Of a stretch of 64,000 bases of DNA, positions 51,861 to 63,716 are shown one piece after another (position 1 is the first letter of the stretch; each line of letters begins with the position of its first letter). Made by a program: the position numbers and the translations under genes. The notes under the pieces are model-generated. The model saw only the letters and a program-made list of their open reading frames with translations. It was not told where the DNA came from and ran no database searches. Origin of the DNA: Hypanus sabinus (taxonomy: Eukaryota); contig NC_082712.1 in assembly GCF_030144855.1 (NCBI RefSeq), positions 10,354,001 to 10,418,000 of the forward strand, given 5' to 3'.

Positions 51861-53115
51861 CTTCCCACCCTGTCTCTTGTAAAAATGCTATCCCCTTCTC
51901 ACAATTCCTCCGTCTCCGCCGCATCTGCTCTCAGGATGAGGTTTTTCATTCCAGGACGAAGGAGATGTCTTCCTTTTTTAAACAAAGGGGTTTCCCTTCT
52001 TCCACCGTCAACTCTGTTCTCAAATGCAACTCTCCCATTTCCCACACATCTGCCCTCACCCCATCCACCCACCACCCCACTCGGAATAGGGTCCCCTTTG
52101 TCCTCACCTACCACCCCACCAGCCTCCAGATCCAACGTATAATTCTCCATAACTTCCGCCACCTCCAATGGGATCCCACTACCAAGCACATCTTTCCCTC
52201 CCATCGTTCTTTCTGCTTTCTGTAGGGATCGCTCCCTACGCGACTCCCTTGTCCATTCATCTCCCCATCCCTTCCCACTGATCTCCCTCCTGGCACTTAT
52301 CTTTGCAAGCGGAACAAGTGCTACACCTGCCCTTACACTTCCTCCCTCACCACCATTCAGGGCCCCAGACAGTCCTTCCAGGTGAGGCGACACTTCACCT
52401 GTGAGTCGGCTGGTGTGGTATACTGCGTCCGGTGCTCCCAGTGTGGCCTTTTATATATTGGTGAGACCTGACGCAGACTGGGAGACCGTTTCGCTGAACA
52501 CCTATGCTCTGTCCGCCAGAGAAAGCAGGATCTCCCAGTGGCCACACATTTTAATTCCATGTCCCATTCCCATTCTGATGTCTATCCATGGCCTCCTCTA
52601 CTGTCAAGATGAAGCCACACTCAGGTTGGAGGAACAACACCTTATATACCGGTTGGGTAGCCTCCAACCTGATGGCATGAACATTGACTTCTCTAACTTC
52701 CATTAATGCCCCTTCTCCCCTTCTTACCCCATCCCTGATATATTTAGTATTTTCTCCCTCTCCCTTTTTTCTTTCTTTCTCTCTCTGCCCATCACTCTGC
52801 CTGTTCTCCATCTCCCTCTGTTGCTCCCCCCTCCCTCTTTCTTTCTCCCGTGGCCTCCCGTCCCATGATCCTTTCCCTTCTCCAGCTCTGTATCACTTTT
52901 GCCAATCACCTTTCCAGCTCTCAGATTCACCCCACCCCCTCCGGTCTTCTCCTATCATTTTGCATTTCCCCCTCCCCCCACTACTTTCAAATCTCTTACT
53001 ATCTTTCCTTTCAGTTAGTCCTGACGAAGGGTCTCGGCCTGAAACGTCGACAGTGCTTCTCCTTATAGATGCTGCCTGGCCTGCTGTGTTCCACCAGCAT
53101 TTTGTGTGTGTTGCT
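51861..53115 (+). mobile_element. Penelope-like element, 5'-truncated (inner layer)
   Basis: AIPFSQFLRLRRICS (RT thumb), FTCESAGVVYCVRCSQCGLLYIGET..HFN (GIY-YIG endonuclease), terminal repeat; 8-bp TSD TTGAACCT (51853-51860 / 53116-53123). Confidence 0.92.
53016..53053 (+). ncRNA. Minimal type-I hammerhead ribozyme motif
   Basis: GTC CTGACGA A GGGT-CTCG-GCCT GAAA C GTC/GAC. Core intact, 3-bp stem I (GTC/GAC), palindromic ACGT stem III, predicted cleavage after 53048. Confidence 0.75.
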
Positions 53116-54399
53116 TTGAACCTTTATTTGATTTTGAGAAGAGATGGGGCTCATTTGCTTGTTATTAACATTTCAGTTAACTGATATATTTCCTCCACGA
53201 TCTAAGTGTAAATTTTTTTTTGATATATCTCTCTTTCTTGTTGGTGATTTGATGTTTATTTTTAGAAGCTTTCTGTAGGACGCATGGGTCTGGGGTTGTA
53301 CCCCCAATGGGTTTCTTTTTTTTTCTCACTATTCTTGCTTAGTAGGGTTTTTTATTATTCACAAAAATTTTCAATCTTTAAGATAATTTCTTTTTTTTTT
53401 GAGGCATTGTAAGTGTTGTTACATCGATGTACCTGGGTTATTTTTGAATAATAATAAAAAAATTTGAAAAGAAAGCAAGGAATTTGATAAGGTACCCCAT
53501 GCAAGACTTGTTGAGAAAGTAAGGAGGCATGGGATCCAGAACTGGCTTAGCCACAGGGATCTGTTCTGGGACCCTGATTCTTCGTGATTTTTATAAATGA
53601 TCTAGATGAGGAAGTGTAGGGATGGGTTAGTAAGTTTGCTGATGACACAAAGGTTGGAGGTGTTGTGGATAGTGTGGAGGGCTGTCAGAGGTTACAGCGG
53701 GACATTGATAGGATGCAAAAGTGAGCTGAGAAGTGGCAGATGGAATTGAACCCAGATAAGTATGAGGTGGTTCATTTTGGTGGGTCAAATATGATGGCAG
53801 AATATAGTATTAATGGTAAGACTCTTGGCAGTGTGGAGGATCAGAAGGATCTTCGGGGTCCAAGGACACACAAAGCTGCTGAGCAGGTTGGCTCTGTGGT
53901 TAAGAAAGCATGTGGTGCATTGGCCTTCATTAATCGCAGATTGAGCTTAGGAGCTGAGATGTAATGTTGCTGCTATATAGGACTTTTCTAAGGTAAGAAC
54001 AAGTTTGGCACAGCTTTGTGGGCTGAAGGGCCTGTATTGTGCTGTAGGTTTTCTATGTTTCTATGAATCTAACCATTACCTCCTACACAGCCTTCATTAT
54101 TTTTCATTGTGTGCCTGATCTGTCGTGCTGACCTAATTAAACCAATGACTCCTGCTGAATCTCATCCACCTTCACCTCACATTGACCGTTTCCCTCTTTC
54201 TCTGCACATTGATTTGCATATCTAGGAGTCTCCTCAAAGCTGCTGTGTTACCACCACCCCGACAGCACTTTCCTGGCATCAGACACTCTCCGTGAAAACA
54301 AAACCTGACGCAGCACTCCTCCTTCAAACTGGCCTCCTATCACCTTTAAAGCATGCTTCTGTTAATGGACATTATCATCCTGGGGAGTAAAGAGCAGGC

Positions 54400-54837
54400 T
54401 GGCTGTTCCCAATATGCCGCTGGTGTTTCGGGCAGCAATGAAGGCCTTCTGTTTCTGACAGTGTTAGGACTTCCTCCATCATGTCAGCCGCTTCCTCTCC
54501 ATTTTCACTGCTGTCAGTCATGCAAGTCCCAGTTGGAGGCTCAGGAATATTGTTCCACTCAGATGTAGAAGGGTTCTCCATTGCTGTTTCCTTTACAATT
54601 TTGTTTTACCAGTCAGGGTTGTTGCCCTGCGCTGAACCACCACACCCTCCCCCCAAAATGGAGGACTGGTGGGCCACGCTAAGTCCGTCCTCTACCCTTT
54701 GACCTGTTTGACAGGGGTGACCCTACCAAGAGCCAAAGCATAAAGCCCTGACTCCAGCCAGCATAGCTCTCCGGATCATTGAGGCATGCAGGCCTCCTAC
54801 CCTATGGCAAGGTTGTGGTCCTTTTAGTGGTGAGGCC
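54400..54837 (-). mobile_element. Short RTE-derived element (5' leader joined to a 3' tail, no ORF)
   Basis: Leader resembles the recalled Rex3/Expander-type 5' end; tail GGCCTTCATTGCTGCCC..CCAGCGGCATA resembles RTE 3' ends. No TSD found. Confidence 0.6.
54671..54837 (-). ncRNA. HDV-like ribozyme candidate
   Basis: P1 GGCCTC/GAGGCC, P2 GGACCAC/GTGGCCC (6 of 7), P3 ACC/GGT, extended P4, all in HDV order. Confidence 0.5.
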
Positions 54838-55272
54838 AAAAAGATAACTTCTATTTGTCTCATCTAGATCAAAAACATACAGTGAGATCTGTCATTTGCA
54901 GGAAGAAGATACCAGATGACATAAGAAATTCTGTGGGAGCTGATAATGTTCAGCAAAGTGAAGCAGCTATGGATGAAATAAACATTTCAGACCTGATGAT
55001 GGATTTTGGCTTGAAGCAGTGACAGTTCATTCCTCTCTATAGATGTTGCCTAACTTGTAGTTCTTCCAGCATTTCATGTGTGTTGTTTTGTGCGTATTGC
55101 TCAAGATCTACTCTAATCTACGCCTCGCAGAACTGTATAAAGTTCTCCCCTCAGCCTTTCCCACTCGAAAGAAAGCAGATCCTGCCTGTCCAACCTCCTG
55201 GGGCTGAGGTTGTCCTTGAAATGGAGTTAAATGGTGTCTGATTTCAACGTAAACTTATTATCAAAGCGCAGT

Positions 55273-55496
55273 GAAGAAGAAGAGAAGAAGGCCCTTAACT
55301 CCGAGTGGAGTCATCTGGACGCCGCTGTGACAGCGGTTTTTTAGCAGGCTTTCTTGTTTTCACGAGGCCGAGTTGCTAGCTCGAACCTCAACCCAGCACG
55401 GAGGGAAAGCGTGCAAAGGAGCCAGCTGGATTCGAACTCGGGAGCCTTCACTCCAAAGTCTGGCGCTGATGCCACTACGCCACCAACTGGCCATCA
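55273..55496 (-). mobile_element. tRNA-derived SINE with (CTT)n tail
   Basis: Box A TGGCGTAGTGG, box B GAGTTCGAATC, about 150-nt non-tRNA body. Confidence 0.8.
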
Positions 55497-55984
55497 AAGT
55501 GCAGTACTGATCTGATTTTGTTGCACAATCTGACGAATTGCACAAGGTTTAAATGATTCACTTTCTAGAATGTTACGAGTCATGTTATTAGCTTTATTTA
55601 TTTAGTTATTTATTCATTTCTTATCTATCTCTTGTTTGCCTATTTATTTATTTTTCATTATTATGTTTTTTTTTGTACTTCCGCAGCTTTGTCTCCTTTT
55701 GCGCATCGGCTGCTTGTCCGGCTTTGTGCGTCAGTCTTCATTCATTCTATCGTGCGTCTTTGTTCTACTGGGTATGCCTGCAAGAAAAGTTAAACTTCAA
55801 AGTAAATTTATTATCCAGGTGCATATATGTCACCTTAAATAACCCTGAGATTCGGAGATTTGTTTTCTTGCAGCTGTAATCAGTAAATCCAAAAACCATA
55901 ATAAAATCAATGGAAGACCACACCCAAAGAATAAATAATGGCAACATGGGATGAAGAGTCCTTGAAAGTGAGTCCATGGGCTAG

Positions 55985-56345
55985 GGGAACAGGTCAGTGA
56001 TGGGGTGCATGAAGTTATCCCCTTTGGTTAAAGAGTCTGATGGTTGAGGGGTAGTAACTCTTCCTGAACCTGGTGGTGAGGGACCAGAGGCTCCTGTATC
56101 TTCTTCCTGATGGCAGCAGCTGGAAGTGAACACATCCTGGGTGGTTGGGGGTCCCTGATGTCGGATGCTGCCTTCCTGTGACTATGCTCTGTGTGGATGT
56201 GCTCAATGGTGAGGCGGGCTTTACCAGAGATGAACCGTGCTGTGTCCATTGCGTTGGGTAGGATTTTCAGTTAGAGGGCATTGGGATTTCCATACCAGGC
56301 AGTGATGCCAGTCAGTATACTCTCCATTTCACATCTACAGAAGCT
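55985..56345 (-). mobile_element. Rex1/Babar 3' fragment
   Basis: LLPSGRRYRSL..TTRFRKSYYPSTIRLFN. Confidence 0.8.
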
Positions 56346-57879
56346 TGTCAAAGTTTTAGATAACATAAATGAATCTTAAAGTAGTATATGGTGACATATA
56401 CGGTATGTACTTCGGTAATAAATTCACTTTGAGCTTTAACCTATTTGAACGTTGGTATAAATAATGGTTACTTTTCTAATTACCACACCCATGATTCTCG
56501 GCAAACTCAGAACTGCTCACTGTCTTTTTGTATTTGCACAGTCTGGTGCTGATTCTGCTCTGGTTGGGAAGTCTTTTACTGATTCTGTTATCATTATTAT
56601 TCTAGTTATTGAGAGTGCCTACAGGAAAATGAATCTCTGGGTTGTTTGTGGTGACATATAATAAATTTACTTCGAACTTTGAAAAGCAGAGTTGTTAAGA
56701 GATATCATACTAATGAAGTGTAGAGGTAAAGCAACACAAAAGTATTCTTAAAGGCTTGTTAAACTCGACTTCTTGCATCACAGGTACTGCTTGATCTGAT
56801 AACCTCCTGCTGCATTGGCCTGTGCAATCATGAGGTGCTTACAGCAGCATCACAGGCACAGGTCATCAGATAAGCAGAGTTCACAAGAAATACTCAAGTC
56901 ATACATAATAACCACATGGGTTTCCTCTGGGTGCTCTGATTTCCTTCCAAAGATGTAGAGCTTGGGTTAGTAAACTACAGGCACACTATGTTGGTGCTGG
57001 AAGCAAGGTGACACGCGTGGGCTGCCCCCAACACATCTTTGGACTGTGTTGAACATTGACGCAAATGATGTCAATAAACTAAAAATCCTTTACATAGGTG
57101 TTTCATGGGCTGAAGGGCCTGTGTCACTATGATGATAAAACCCTGTCGTCTGTTCACTGTTGACCTGGAAGTTAAATCCCTCTAAGAATGTTCAAGTTCA
57201 ATTTATTGTCATTCAACCGTACACATGTGTACTGTTAAACAAAACAATTTTCATCCAGACCAAGGTGCACAACACCGTACATATAACTCTCACACACAGC
57301 ACCTGAAGTAATATTACAATAAACAAATTAACAAATAATGAAAATAGATTCCAGAAGATTGACATTTAGCACAAGGTGCAATTACAACACAGGTTAAAAA
57401 GTACACAGTGTAGTGCTACTGGTGCTTCTTTCGTAATGGGCGGCATCAACGAGGACTTAAATGTGACTTCAAAAGTAAAGTGTGGGAGGAATTCAACAGG
57501 TCAGACAGCATCTGTGGGGGGAATTGAACTGTTGGAGTTTCCAGTCAAATCCCTGGAGATTGGAGAGGGTAGATGGGCAGAGTAAAGAGAAGGAATCTAT
57601 TTTTATTATTTGCTATTTTTATAGTAATGCTACTTTATGTATTGTGTGAGTTATATGTACTGTGTAGTGCACCTCGGCCCATAACGCCATCTGTTCACTC
57701 TTTTCCATGGAATACACCTGACCTATGGAATTCCTCCAGATTTTTGTGTGTGTTGCTTTGATTTCCAGCATCTGCAGACTTTCCCTTGTTTGTAATTCCT
57801 TCTCCCACATCAGATGCTGCCGAATTCCTTCTGCAGATTGCTTGTTCCAGATTCCCGCGTCTGCAGTCCCTTAAAGTTT

Positions 57880-58165
57880 AGGGATCAGCTTTATTCATCA
57901 CCCATACATCGAAGTATTGAATGTCGTGCAGTTGAGAATGTGCTGAGGGTAGCCAGCAAGCATCGCCACACTCCCGGCACCAACTCTGCAGACTGAACTT
58001 ACTGACCCTTATCCGTCTGCCTTTGGACTGTGGGCGGAAACCAGAGCACCCAGATGAAACACACGCGGTCACGGTGGGAATGTACAAACTCCTTACAGGC
58101 AGTGGCAGGAATTGAACCCAGGTCACTAGCACTATAAAGGGTTACACCAACTGCCACAGTACTAT
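57880..58165 (-). mobile_element. V-SINE-like SINE
   Basis: Box B GGTTCAATTCC and V core. Confidence 0.75.
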
Positions 58166-58289
58166 ATCAGCTTTGATTTAATGGAATTCCATCTTTATGC
58201 TGGTGATTAATCGTTGGATTCCTGTTCACTTTGCAACCTCGGTTTGCTCTCAGTGTCCAACAGTTAACATTGACCAATTAATTGTCTTA

Positions 58290-58749
58290 ACTCCTACGAA
58301 GAGATTCATTCTACAGATGGGCACTGCAGAGCATCCCAACACGTTGCATCACTGTATGTTACGGAAACCGCACTGCGGTGGCCAGGAAGGCTCGACAACG
58401 AGGTAGCCAGAACTGTCCAATGCATCACTGGCACCAGCTTGCCTACCATCAGGGACATGCATACAGAACGTTGCCAGCAAAGGGCTAGTAACATCATAAA
58501 GGATCCCACACACCCTGCCCGTGGACTGTGTGTCCCATTCCCATTAGTTACAGCCACACCAGGGCCACCAAACACAAAAACAGTGACTTTCCCCAAACAG
58601 TAAGGCTGACCAACACCTCCACCCACTAACCCAGCTCTCCACACCCCCCACCACCACTACTTTATCATTTCCTGTCAGTCACTTTATGCACAGACACTGC
58701 TGTGCCCTGCGTCACTTTATGGGCGTACAATCAACCTGTGTATATGAGC
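58290..58749 (+). mobile_element. Rex1/Babar 3' fragment
   Basis: Same C-terminal segment as 39530-40226 (..ASNIIKDPTHP..). Confidence 0.7.
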
Positions 58750-59745
58750 AAACAAGAGGAAATCTGCAGATGCTGGAAATTCAAGTAACACACACAAAAT
58801 GCTGGTGGAACACAGCAGACCAGGCAGCATCTATAGGGAGAAGCACTGTCGACGTTTCGGGCCGAGACCCTTCATCAGGACGAACAGAAAGGAAAGATAG
58901 TAAGAGATTTGAAAGTAGTGGGGAGAGGGGGAAATGCGAAATGATAGGAGAAGACCGGAGGGGGTGGGATGAAGCTAAGAGCTGGAAAGGTGATTGGCAA
59001 AAGTGATACAGAGCTGGAGAAGGGAAAGGATCATGAGGCGGGAGACCTAGGGAGAAAGAAAGGGGGAGGGGAGCACCTGAGGGAGATGGAGAACAGGCTG
59101 AGTGATGGGCAGAGAGAGAGAGAGAAAAAAAAGGGGAGGGGTGAAAAAAGTAAATATATCAGGGAAGGGGTAAGAAGGGGAGGACGGGCGGTAACGGAAG
59201 TTAGAGAAGTCAATGTTTATGCCATCAGGTTGGAGGCTACCCAGACGGTATATAAGGTGTTGTTCCTCCAACCTGAGTTTGGATTCATTTTGACAGTAGA
59301 GGAGGCCATGGATAGACATATCAGAATGGGAATGGGACGTGGAATTAAAATGTGTGGCCACTGGGAGATCCTGCTTTCTCTGGCAAACCGAGCGCAGGTG
59401 TTCCACGAAATGGTCTCCCAGTCTGTGTCGGGTCTCACCAAAATATAAAAGGCCACACCGGGAGCACCGGACGCAGTATACTACACCAGCCAACTCACAG
59501 GTGAAGTGTCGCCTCACCTGGAAGGACTGTCTGGGGTCCTGAATGGTGGTGTGGGAGGAAGTGTAAGGGCAGGTGTAGCACTTGTTCCGCTTACAAGGAT
59601 AAGTGCCAGGAGGGAGATCGGTGGGAAGGGATGGGGGTAACGAATGGACAAGGGAGTCGCATAAGGAGCAATCCCTGCAGAAAGCAGAAAGAGGCGGGAA
59701 TAAAAGAAGTGCTTGGTAGTGGGATCCCGTCGGAGGTGGCGGAAG
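58750..59745 (-). mobile_element. Penelope-like element, 5'-truncated
   Basis: ORF 59047-59517 is the GIY-YIG domain; its UTR closely matches 52700-53110. Confidence 0.92.
58846..58883 (-). ncRNA. Minimal type-I hammerhead ribozyme motif
   Basis: GTC CTGATGA A GGGT-CTCG-GCCC GAAA C GTC/GAC; predicted cleavage between 58851 and 58850. Confidence 0.78.
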
Positions 59746-60156
59746 TATATAAGCTATCTCATTTATTTATATTTATAGTGTTTTACATTATTATTGTCTT
59801 CTTTAAGTTATTGTATTTTTGTGCTGCTTCAGATCTGAAGTAACAATTATTTTGTTCTTCTTTACAGCTGTGCGTTGGAAATGACATTAAACTATCTTGA
59901 ATCTGAAATCAGAGCCTACGCGGTGCAGTTCCTGAGGTACGTCACTAGAGGGGGCGATAGTCCCTCTTCCGTCAGTGTGATTGATTACTACAGTGGAGCC
60001 GGGGAAACCGGATCTGTGAGCACTCATCCCCAGAAACCAACTATTGAGCGAGTATCCATAGATACTGTATCCTTGGAAACTACACCTAGATGGAGTTGCT
60101 ATGGTTAATACGTTTACAATTGATTTACTGCTGATGTCGCAGCCTTATAAGCAGCT

Positions 60157-60222
60157 ATGGAAACCACAGCCGCTTTCCTGTTTTTACTGGTGTGCAGCCT
60201 CTCCTGCTTTACTGCACATTTT
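60157..60222 (+). CDS. Possible signal-peptide exon of a second, divergently oriented gene continuing beyond the window
   Basis: gctATGG Kozak context; METTAAFLFLLVCSLSCFTAHF. Preceded by acceptor gtcgcAG (60141-60142) and an upstream donor GAG|GTACGT (after 59936). The downstream donor (TTT|GTAGGG) is weak and no further exon is seen. Confidence 0.4.
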
Positions 60223-61774
60223 GTAGGGTTGCTCAAAATCCAGTACGCAGGAGGCCATTTGGACCGTCTCGGTTGTGCCAGCCTAAACAAGAGCTCTCCG
60301 GACTGATCTCACCTGCCAGCAATGGGCCTGTCGTCCTCTTCAGGGAAATATGGGGAGGATTTCGGCCTGTCCCACGCCCTCAGAGAGAGAGTTCCGGACA
60401 ATTCCCAATCCCCCCCCCACCCCCACTGGCCACGCCTCAGGTAGAAGTAAACTTTTCTACATTCCCCCCCCCCCACCAGTCCTTCAGGTTACCAACTCCT
60501 CTCCCGGTTTCCACAGCAACACCACACAAAACGCTGGAGGAACTCAGCAAGTCAGGCAGCATCTACGAGGGGAATTAACCAGCCTAAAATCTAACTTCGT
60601 TGACATTTAGAACAGAAATTAGGAGGAATTTCTTTAGCCAGAGGGTGGTGGGTTCGACTGCTGTAGAGGTCAAGTTATTGGGTATATTTAAAACAGAGAT
60701 TGGTAGATCCTTGATTAGACAGGGTGCCCAAGGTTACAGGGGGAAGGCAGGAGAATGGGGTTGGACAGGAGAGGGAAAGTATGATGGAATGCCGGAGGAG
60801 ACTCGATGGGCTGAATGGCCTGATTCTGCTCCCATGTTTCACCTTCTTGTGGACATTCTGCACCATCCAGTTATTTGTGTGGGTTGCTCAAGATTACCCA
60901 CATCTGCAGAACCTCGTGTTTGTCCTCCTGGTTTCCCTGCCATAATATTGGCACACCCCCTTGGACCTCCTCTAAATCCCCTCCAGTGCAAAAGAGGAGT
61001 ATTGAGGTAGTGCTCATGATGGTGGAGGGAAAAACGTTAAGGAGTCTTAAGGCTCTTGTGTCTCCTCCCTGACGGTAGCAATGAGGAGAGACCATGTCCT
61101 GTGTGATGGAGGCCCTTAATGATGGAAGCCACTTTTTGAGACTCCACCCTTTGAAAATGTCCTTGTTGGTGGGGAAGTTTGCAACACAGAACAGTAGAGG
61201 CCCTTTGGCCCACAATGTGCCAACCTGACCTACTCTAAGTTAAGTCTAACCCCTCCCTCCAAAGCTGTCCATTTTTCCCTCATCCATAACTGTGCCTGGT
61301 CTCGTGCCCATGGTGGAACCGGCTGCGAGAGAGAGGGATTGGTGACCTCACAGTCTACCTTGCCATGACCTTGGACCTTATTGTCTACCCGCATGGCTCT
61401 TTCCGTGTAACTGAAACAATTCATTCTGTGTAACACACACAAAATGCCAGAGAAATTCGGCAGGCCAGCCAGCATCTAGAGAAGGGAATAAAGAGACAAC
61501 ATCTCTTGCTGACACCCTTCATCAGAACTGTCCCTTATTCTGCATTCCCTGGTGCTACCTCAATGTACTGATGTGATGAAATAATCTGTATGGATGGCTT
61601 GTAAAACAAAGATTTTCATCATAGCTCAGTACATGGTGGCTCAATAATGAACCAATTTACAGGGAAATGATGAGAGTGGTAATCACTTAAAGAGGGCGAT
61701 GCGGTTAATATACTGGGAGTCTACATGTATCTGATGGACTGAATGGCCTCTGCTGTGTTGTCATACTGTCTTAA

Positions 61775-63716
61775 GACCATAAGTCCATAAGATATAGGAG
61801 CAGAAGTAGGCCATTTGGTCCATCGAGTTTGCTTTGCCATTCAATCATGGGCAGATCCACTTCATCAAGTCATCTCCACTCCCCTACTTTCACCCCATAC
61901 CCTTTGTTGCCCTGGTTAATCAGCAACCTATCTATCTCTGCCTTAAATGCACCCAATGACTTGGCCTCCACAGCCGCTCGTGGCAACAAATTCCACAGAA
62001 TTACCACCCTCTGACTAAAGTAATTTCTCCAAATCTCTGTTCTAAATGGGCGTCCTTCAATCCTGAAGTCCTAGACTCCCCTACCATGGGAAATAACTTT
62101 GCCATATCTAATCTGTTCAGGCCTTTTAACATTCGGAATGTTTCTATAAGATGCCCCTTCATTCTCCTGAACTCCAGGGAATACAGCCCAAGAGCTGCCA
62201 GACGTTCCTCATACGGTAACCCTTTCATTCCTGGAATCATTCTCATGAAACTTCTCTGAACCCTCTCCAATGTCAGTATATCCTTTCTAAAATAAAGAGC
62301 CCAAAACTGCACACAATACTCCAAGTGTGGTCCCACGAGTGCCTTATAGAACCTCAACATCACATCCCTGCTCTTATATTCTATACCTCTAGAAATGAAT
62401 GCCAAAACTGCATTCACCTTCTTCACAACCGACTCAACCTGGAGGTTAACCTTTAGGGTATCTTGCACAAGGACTCCCAAGACCCTTTGCATCTCTGCAT
62501 TTTGAATTCTCTCCCACCTGAATAATAGTCTGCCCGTTTATTTCTTCCACCAAAGTGCATGACCATACACTTTCCAACATTGTATTTCATTTGCCAGTTT
62601 TTTGCCCATTCCCCTAAACTATCTAAGTCTCTCTGCAGGCTCTCTGTTTCCTCAACACTACCCACTCCTCCACCTATCTTTGTATCATCAGAAAATTTAA
62701 CCACAAATCCATTAATCCCATAGTCCGAATCATTGACATACATCGTAAAAAGCAGCGGTCTCAACACCGACCCCCGTGGAATTCCCCTGGTAACCTGCAA
62801 CCAGCCAGAATAGGATCCCTTTATTCCCGCTCTCTGTTTTCTGCCGACCAGTCAATGCTCCACCCATGCTAGTAACTTCCCTGTAATTCCATGGGCTCTT
62901 ATCTTGCTAAGCAGCCTCATGTGTGACACCTTGTCAAAGGCCTTCTGGAAATCCAAGTACACCACAACTACTGCATCTCCTTTGTCTACCCCGCTTGTAA
63001 CTTCCTCAAGGAATTGCAGTAGTTTTGTCAGGCAGGAGTTTCCTTTCCGGAAACCATGCTGGCTTTGGCCTATATTGTCAGGTGCCTCCAGGTATTCCAT
63101 AATCTCATCCCTAACAATCGATTCCAACAACTTCCCAACCACTGATGTCAGGCTAATGGGTCTATAGTTTCCTTTCTATTGCCTCCTACCCTTCTTAAAT
63201 AATGGAGTAATATTTGCAGTTTTCCAGTCATCCAGTACAATGCCAGAATCAAATGGGTTCTTGCAAGATCATTGTTAATGCCTCCGCAATTTCTCCAGCT
63301 ACTTTCTTCAGAATCCAAGGGTGCATTCCATCAGGTCAAGAGATTTATCCACCCTCAGACCATTACGCTTCCTGAGCACCTTCTCAGTTGTAATTTTCAT
63401 TGCACAAACTTCACTTCCCTGACACTTTTGAATGTCCGGTATACTGCAGATGTCTTCCACTGTGAAGACTAATGTTAAATACGCATTCAGTTCCTCTGCC
63501 ATCTCTGCGTTTCTCATTACAATATCTCCAGCGTCATTTTCTATTGGTCTTATGTCTACCCTCAACTCTCTTTTACCCTTTATATATTTAGAAAAGCTTT
63601 TGGTATCTTCTTTGATATTAGTCACCAGCTTCCTTTCATAATTCATCTTTTCCGTACTAATGACCTTCTTAGTTTCCTTCTGCCAGTTTTTTATAAGCTT
63701 CCCAATCCTCTATCTT
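61775..63716 (-). mobile_element. CR1 RT/3' fragment
   Basis: ORFs 63308-63646, 62852-63142, 62453-62800 and 62001-62492. Confidence 0.92.

Larger units (their letters stand above)
51022..53473 (+). mobile_element. 5'-truncated L1/Tx1 (middle layer)
   Basis: ORF2 C-terminus (CDRCKTG..THMFWSC), A-rich tail, 13-bp TSD AGCAAGGAATTTG (51009-51021 / 53474-53486). Confidence 0.9.
49620..54064 (+). mobile_element. CR1 fragment interrupted by an L1 (outer layer of a nest)
   Basis: RT reads DVVYMDFSKEF at 51021 and resumes SKEFDKVPHAR at 53474; TTCTATGT tail. Confidence 0.9.

Noticed and set aside
54993-55020. Functional hammerhead at 54993 (also 61519)
   Set aside because: GAAA is mutated (GAAG / GAGA), stem II is broken and the cleavage triplet is lost; counted only as decayed copies.
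55420-55496. tRNA gene
   Set aside because: Boxes A and B are present but the acceptor stem is incomplete and the sequence continues into a SINE body and tail. The same applies to the heads at 42915 and 58160.
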